From positions 1-29,913 of IMG/VR virus record IMGVR_UViG_3300025108_000251: DNA of 29,913 nucleotides, one strand, 5' to 3'. The position numbers were made by a program, and so were the translations under genes. Source of the stretch: a virus. Taxonomy: Duplodnaviria > Caudoviricetes. Positions 24,558-29,913 of the stretch are shown one piece after another. The notes beneath the pieces were generated by a model. It searched no databases and was not told the origin of the DNA. It saw nothing but the letters and a program-made list of their open reading frames with translations. How positions within the stretch are numbered: the stretch's first letter is position 1; every line of letters begins with the position of its first letter.

Positions 24558-25931
24558 TCAAGCGGCTCCTCCGTTTGTGGCGAGTGCGAGGTCAATGAAT
24601 GCCTTCTCAAAACCTACGGTTTGCAAGTCCTTGGCTGTCCAATCGGCGACGGCGACCCGGCGGATTCGTTCCATGTCCCATCCGAGGATGTGCTTCTGCT
24701 TGTGAGCAGTGAGCATAGAACGAGGGCTGATGATGCGGCCAAAGAGACCGGCGGAGTCGGCCTTGGACCGTAGGTCATGGAAGAAGGAGGTGATTGAATC
24801 ATCTCCGATGAGTTGACGCTCAAAGGCCATGTCGTAGCCCCAATGAATGACGCCACCGGCAAAGCGGTTGAGAGTTGCACCGTCGAGGACTTCGGCGGCT
24901 CCGTAGGGACTGCGGCCCTTGCCTTGACCAAGGGTGTTGGCTGTCGCAAGAATGAAGAGGTCGGGGTGACGCTTGATGACGGTCCCATCGGGCATCGACC
25001 ATTCAGTGTTGGCTAAAGCCATGTTAGCGGCGACGGCTGTTCCACCCATGAGGCGGTCAAATTCGTCGAAGACGAGGACGCCACCATCACGATAGGTCTT
25101 GACGGCTTCGCTCATTCGGTGGTTCTCCGTACCATCTTTGATGGAAGGAATCATTGGACCGACTATGTCGGAAGGCATCATCTCATTGTGACATGAGACG
25201 ACGGTGAAACGGACGGAGTCCGAGGTGAAGCCACCTTGCGATTCCGGAAGAGTGACCAAGGTCTTGAAGACCTGTTCTGCGGCGAAGGTTTTGCCGGAGC
25301 CTGCCGGACCCGAAGCCAAGGTGTTTTGGCGGATTCGTCCCATCTCAAGAAGATGGTCGAAGCATGGGTGAGCAAGGCCGACCTTGATTTCATCAGTCTC
25401 GCCGAGCGGCTTAACGACCAAAGGTCGAGGCATCGAGAGTTGCGAAAGACCATCAGTGATGGCGACTTCAACATGGTCGGAGACCATGCCGATGATGTGA
25501 GGTGCTACAAGTCCTGCAAGGACTGAACCACCATCTCCTTCCGTAGGAAGGGGCATCTTCAAATCGGGCTTCGGGGTTTTGGGTGTTTTTGGCATAGGTT
25601 TTGGCTCCTTTGGGGGTGTGTCCTTGGACTTGGGGGTTGGCTTGGGTGGCGACTTTGGTTCACCAAAGAGGGAAAGGTCGGATGGCTTGAGGTGCTTCCG
25701 AACCGAAGTACCTTCGGTTGGGTGGAGGTGGAGGTCGATGTTGACACAAGTGGCGTGAATCCAATTCTGTTTGCGAGATTCCGAAGGAATCTTGACGGCG
25801 ACGACGGCACACTTCGGGGCTTTGCCCCGAATTGCTCCGCCACAGACCTTACAGGTCGAGTCGAAGTTGGCGTTCTTTGTTTGGAAACCTCCGGTACGGA
25901 GGGCTTGGTTTTGGGGGCTTTGCTTGCTCAT
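24558..25931 (-). CDS. MoxR/CobS-type AAA+ ATPase with N-terminal Zn finger and Pro/Lys linker
   Basis: SGPAGSGKT, VLVFDEFD, ATANT.G, LDGATLNRF and ISPR; N-terminal CKVC...HATC. Confidence 0.88.
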   Translation of the reverse strand: MSKQSPQNQALRTGGFQTKNANFDSTCKVCGGAIRGKAPKCAVVAVKIPSESRKQNWIHATCVNIDLHLHPTEGTSVRKHLKPSDLSLFGEPKSPPKPTPKSKDTPPKEPKPMPKTPKTPKPDLKMPLPTEGDGGSVLAGLVAPHIIGMVSDHVEVAITDGLSQLSMPRPLVVKPLGETDEIKVGLAHPCFDHLLEMGRIRQNTLASGPAGSGKTFAAEQVFKTLVTLPESQGGFTSDSVRFTVVSCHNEMMPSDIVGPMIPSIKDGTENHRMSEAVKTYRDGGVLVFDEFDRLMGGTAVAANMALANTEWSMPDGTVIKRHPDLFILATANTLGQGKGRSPYGAAEVLDGATLNRFAGGVIHWGYDMAFERQLIGDDSITSFFHDLRSKADSAGLFGRIISPRSMLTAHKQKHILGWDMERIRRVAVADWTAKDLQTVGFEKAFIDLALATNGGAA

Positions 25932-26860
25932 TGGGTTTCATCTCCTTGGGTTGGGTTCATTGTCCGGTCCTGTTCTGCCGATGGAGTTCCTGTATATGAA
26001 GGAGTCGGCAATCCGAATCCAACATCAGCAACGGGGCAGAACGAGTTGGGAATGGAAAAGCGGCGAATCAAATCGACGACAGTTCCATAGGGGGTTTCTA
26101 TCTTATGTATCATGTTATATTCCTCTTCATCAAAGATGAGAGGATATAACTAATGATACTTAGATAGTACCCTAACATTATCCCCCTTTAGGGGGATAAT
26201 GTTAATCTCTGCGATTTGGATAATCAATATACTGATATTGATTATTCAAATCCCTACACATACATGCCTGCGAGGCAAATTATTTTGCTAAACCAATTGA
26301 CCCCTTTAGGGGTCAATTGAGTCTTGGATTAACTTGATATACCAAGTCCTTTAAAAGGACTCCATGCGTGTGCAAAAGGACAAAGTCTTTGCTTTGACTT
26401 TTGCAAATCAATAGAGTGCTATTGATTTTCAAAAGCATTCCCCTCTTTAGAGGGGAATTGGCGTAGCGGGTACTTTGAGGGCTTTGAAAGCCCTTGGTCT
26501 TTGGCGAAGCCAAAGGGCAAGAGCGCAGGGGTGGGGTCTACGACCCCCCAATAAGGGCGGTTTTCCCTAAAGGAAAAACCTTCAGCAGTCCATCGTTTTT
26601 GGGCTTTACCCTTTCCGAATGCTACCTACCTTCCCCTACACTCACACATGAGGGGCGCGAGTTCATCGGTTTTATTTTACCCAATATGAACAAATCACAG
26701 ATTTGTCCATATGGGTACTTACGAGGCATCGGTGGTATCTCGGTAAGGTTTGCGATTTCCTCGGCCTTAGAACGGTACTGCTGAGACCGGAGAGGGTGGT
26801 ATCATTTTGGTACTACTTTGGATTTAGGTCGACCTAAACCTCCTTTAGGAGGTCAACCAC

Positions 26861-26886
26861 GCCTCCGTATGTGCCTCCGTATGTGC
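26861..26886. repeat. 12-bp tandem repeat gcctccgtatgt x2
   Basis: gcctccgtatgt gcctccgtatgt gc. Confidence 0.85.
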
Positions 26887-26956
26887 GTAGGTGCTGAATT
26901 TCCGTAGGAAATTGACGACTTTATGAATAGAGTATATTGATACTCTATTCTTAAAG

Positions 26957-27335
26957 CACACATGCGAGGGCGAGCGCGAGCAGGTGCGAGCGAGCGTAGG
27001 CGCACATGGGCGCGAGCGCGAGCAGGCGCACCCCTGCGAGTGCAGGTGCATGTGTATGCACATACCCACACCTGCCTCCCCGTATGCGCTCGTACCTGCC
27101 CCTGCGCGAGTGCGAGCGTAGGCTCGCATGTCAAAAATCTTGGAGAGATTTTTCGCAAATTTAGGAATAGGATTGAAGAATTCCTATTCCTAAATCACAC
27201 ACGCCTGCGAGGGCAGGCCCGTAGGCGAGCGAGCGTAGGCTCGCAGGTAGGCGCAAGGGCGAGCATGGGCGTAGGCAGGAGCGCACCCTTGGGCGAGCGG
27301 GAGCGTACCCTCGCAAGCGCGAGCGCGAGCCTGTG
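26957..27335. repeat. Two GC-rich blocks of GCGAGC/GCAGG/GTAGGC words and alternating purine-pyrimidine runs
   Basis: Blocks at 26957-27131 and 27196-27335 are separated by AT-rich hairpins; similar sequence occurs at 27503-27566 and 29857-29913. Confidence 0.85.
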
Positions 27336-27754
27336 GGTAAAATTTCTATGGAAATTTGGCTCGCTTTTAGCCTCCGAAGGAGGCTACCGGCGGGGTCTCG
27401 CAGGTGGAACTAAGTTCAATGTCAAGACCATCCGGCCCAAATTCCCTTCGGGGAATTTGCGAAAGTGAAATAGGAATTTGGGAATCCTATTTCCCTTTTA
27501 AGGGGCAGGCTCACACACCCTCGTAGGCGCACATACCCCCGCCCGCAGGTGTGCAAGCGCACCTGCTCCTCTAATTTCCTTGACCAAGGTCAACGGAAAT
27601 TTACACGCAGGAACCGAAGGTTTCCTGCACAGGAAAAAAAGCAACTTGTTGCTTTTTATACACGCAGGCAGGCACACACGCGCAAGAAAAAATGCCCCAA
27701 GGGAACGAAGTTCCCTTGAGGCAAATTCACAAGTCAACGAAGTTGACTTGAGGT

Positions 27755-29056
27755 TCAGTAGTTGCCGTTGACGAAGTCATTGTGGCAACTGTTGGCTATC
27801 CTTCGGTAGTACCGAAGGACTTTCTTTGGGACATTTGTCATAAATGACAAGGTCCAAACGAAACCGAAATCTAAGATTCCGGTCCAATCGGGATGAGTTC
27901 CGAACTTCGTTCGGAGAAGTTCTTCTGCTTCATTCTCAAAGTTCTCCAAGGAGAAGTTCTCAATGTTCTCCGAGAGGAACTCTCGGAAGATTTTCGCAAC
28001 TTCGGAACCGAAGGTTCCGGATTGATATGGAATATCAAGGAAGTCGGCCAAAGCCTTGACTCCGTCAAAGTCGTAAGCAGACCAAAATGACTTGCCTTCG
28101 GCAAATTCTTTGTTCCAAGAACAAGCATGCTCTAAGAGCAAAGTCGCCGCTTTCCGGTCCAACTCCGTTGGAAGACCTTCAATGAAGACCTTGACTTCGT
28201 CAATGTTCATTTTTCCTTCACCGTCTTGACGGTGAATGAAGACTCTTGGAAATGACCTTTCCCCTTTGGGGAACCCCGAAGGGTATTGTCGGAGACAATG
28301 GAGGCTATATCCGGCCTCCAAACCTTCGGTTTGGAACTTAGTCAACTCCGTTGACTGCTGAAGGTCAAGACCTTCAAGGAAATACTCAAAAATGCTGACG
28401 AAGTCAGCAGTGTCGAGTTGGTTGAAACAATCGTAGATTGTATGGCAATTTTTGGCTCCAACCCGAAGGGTTTTCATGCCTTTGAAAAAGGCATCTTCGG
28501 CGAGGTCTTCCAAGTCAAATGAATTTGACTTGGGAATTTTGTAGAAGGGAATGACGAAGTCATTGATGAGGCTCTCCTTGGAGAGACTCAAGACTTTTGA
28601 AGCCGAAAGGACGGAGTCCTTTGCGAATTTTTTGGTCCTGTTGATTTCATCAACAAACCATTCGATTCCACTTGGAATGTCCGGAGGACAGTCCACTTCG
28701 TCTTCGTCCCATTCTTCGTAGAAGGAATGGAGGCCATGTTCAAATTGACTTGCAGTCAAACCAAGCATTCCAAAAAATCTACCGAAGGTAGTCAGGCCGA
28801 CTTTGTTCAATACTGCAAGCAGTATTGTTCCATCATCTCCGATGATTCGCTGAGTTGCTTCCAAAGCCCATTGGGCTTCGGTTTGAAGGGTCAACTGAAA
28901 GTTGAGGGGGAAAGCATTGGAAATGCTTTGGTTGAGATGAAACAACTTCGTTGCCGAATCATCAAAATTTTCCGTAGGAAGTTGGCGGTTTTCACCTCCT
29001 TCGGTTTGGCAATCGTTGGTTTCTTCTCCTTTTATACGGTCTTTTAACTCCATCAC
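27755..29056 (-). CDS. Orphan acidic, Phe-rich 433-aa protein encoded by hairpin-saturated DNA
   Basis: 1.3-kb stop-free frame in AT-leaning DNA, on the same strand as all other genes; no recognisable motif; start GTG 29056 or ATG 29053. Confidence 0.7.
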   Translation of the reverse strand: MMELKDRIKGEETNDCQTEGGENRQLPTENFDDSATKLFHLNQSISNAFPLNFQLTLQTEAQWALEATQRIIGDDGTILLAVLNKVGLTTFGRFFGMLGLTASQFEHGLHSFYEEWDEDEVDCPPDIPSGIEWFVDEINRTKKFAKDSVLSASKVLSLSKESLINDFVIPFYKIPKSNSFDLEDLAEDAFFKGMKTLRVGAKNCHTIYDCFNQLDTADFVSIFEYFLEGLDLQQSTELTKFQTEGLEAGYSLHCLRQYPSGFPKGERSFPRVFIHRQDGEGKMNIDEVKVFIEGLPTELDRKAATLLLEHACSWNKEFAEGKSFWSAYDFDGVKALADFLDIPYQSGTFGSEVAKIFREFLSENIENFSLENFENEAEELLRTKFGTHPDWTGILDFGFVWTLSFMTNVPKKVLRYYRRIANSCHNDFVNGNY

Positions 29057-29913
29057 TTTGTTATGGAGTAAAGACCATTAAAAGAGAAGAATACTCATCG
29101 TCTTTAGACGATGGCCCCAAAAGCCTTCGGCAGTACCCCCTAAAGGGGGTACTGATTAGCAAGAATTTCCGATTTAGGGAAGCCGAAACCAAGCATCTCG
29201 CAAGCACACATGGACTCCTTTGAAAGGAGTTAGGGTAAGAATCTTTCCGAAAAGTAGTTCCCCTTTAGGGGAACTAAAATTTCAGCCAACCAATCGTCTC
29301 GCAAGCAGGTGTGCGCGAGGATGAAATTCCTCAAAAGGAATTTCGCAAAATACGAATAAGGATTGTTGAATCCTTATTCTGTATTTAAGTCTTGATAATC
29401 CGGAGTCAGCCTTTAGGCTGCCTTGCCATTATCCCCTTCTTTTGCGATTTCAATAGCAAAGTTGTCGTTTTAGCAAGACGAGTCTTGCTACTTTTGGAAC
29501 TATGGCTTTGAATTTTAGCAAGAAAGTCTCGGCTTTTTGGCTCCGAGGAGCCAACTTCAACAGACAAAGATTCCATTCTCGGCAGGATTTTTAGGGAACC
29601 TAAAAATTCTTAGAGAGAATCGACCCTTTAATAGCAATTTAGAATTGGTTGGCTACAACCAATTCTATTCCTTTATTAAATACAATCATCAACGAGTTGA
29701 TGATGCAACAGTGAAGCAAAGACCCCATAGGATTAGTACCCCCTTCCCTTTGGGAAGGTGGTACATAATACTATGAAAATAATTTTTTGATGGAAATCGC
29801 GCTTTAATGTCAAAGCAAAAAAGACCTTTGGTCTTTTTTGAAACCTTATTAAAAATCACGCATCACGCCACGCATGCGTGTGCGAGCGTATGCTCGCGAG
29901 CGCGAGCGCGAGT

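Larger units (their letters stand above)
25510..29913. repeat. Dense array of heterogeneous short inverted repeats (mini-hairpin domain)
   Basis: About 70-80 inverted repeats counted by eye, with 5-14 bp arms and 1-4 nt spacers, e.g. 26173-26204, 26294-26319, 27730-27750, 28317-28335, 28510-28533, 29131-29154. Confidence 0.92.

Noticed and set aside
25928-26784. ORFs 25928-26113, 26313-26513 and 26494-26784
   Set aside because: Short, no SD or motifs, and overlapping palindromes or promoter-like sequence; not supportable as genes.
26845-27468. ORFs 26962-27468 (+), 26845-27129 (-) and 26853-27158 (-)
   Set aside because: Arg/Ala-rich translations of the GCGAGC/RY repeats; open in several frames only because the repeats lack stop codons.
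29537-29776. 79-aa plus-strand ORF
   Set aside because: TTG start, no SD, made up of palindromes, and opposite to the orientation of every supported gene.
26100-29850. Hairpins as intrinsic transcription terminators
   Set aside because: Far too many, many lie inside an ORF, most lack U-tails, and the loops follow DNA rather than RNA stability rules on the non-mRNA strand.
26100-29913. CRISPR array or REP/MITE family
   Set aside because: The palindromes differ in sequence and spacing; there is no constant repeat with unique spacers, and no cas or transposase gene.
1-29913. tRNA/rRNA genes, inteins, introns, integrase or alternative genetic code
   Set aside because: No cloverleaf, intein splice motifs or recombinase seen; genes tile the strand using TAA, TAG and TGA as normal stops.

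Overview
The window is a 29.9-kb segment of a dsDNA virus of an archaeon. It most resembles the tailed viruses of Marine Group II/Poseidoniales (magrovirus-like); this is inferred from gene content, and no virion genes are present. Every credible gene is on the minus strand and most are translationally coupled (ATGA/TAATG/GTGA overlaps, GGAGG-type Shine-Dalgarno sites). In transcription order, right to left, there are three zones. (1) About 25.5-29.9 kb is packed with short inverted repeats whose loops are the most stable DNA mini-hairpin loops (GNA, TTTA, C-TT-G). These run through a 433-codon orphan ORF and alternate with GC-rich purine/pyrimidine-alternating blocks. (2) About 15.5-25.9 kb is an early/accessory region: a MoxR/CobS-type AAA+ with a vWA-like partner, many small acidic and Zn-finger proteins, a pyrimidine-dimer glycosylase-like protein, an HNH protein and DUF3846. 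(3) 1-15.4 kb is an archaeal-type replication module: PAC2-like protein, compact MCM-like helicase, winged-helix paralogs, a probable degenerate RFC large subunit, dNMP kinase, RFC small subunit, SSB-like protein, Sak4/RadA-like ATPase, PCNA-like clamp, two orphan beta-class DNA methyltransferases, a GNAT protein, and the N-terminal half of a family B polymerase that the ORF track missed. Two promoter motif classes partition zones 2 and 3. GATC, AGCT, CTAG and YCWGR appear to be avoided. Four unrelated proteins, including both methyltransferases, end in (D/G)WL, which resembles a clamp-binding tail. All family assignments come from motif recognition by eye; no database search was run.
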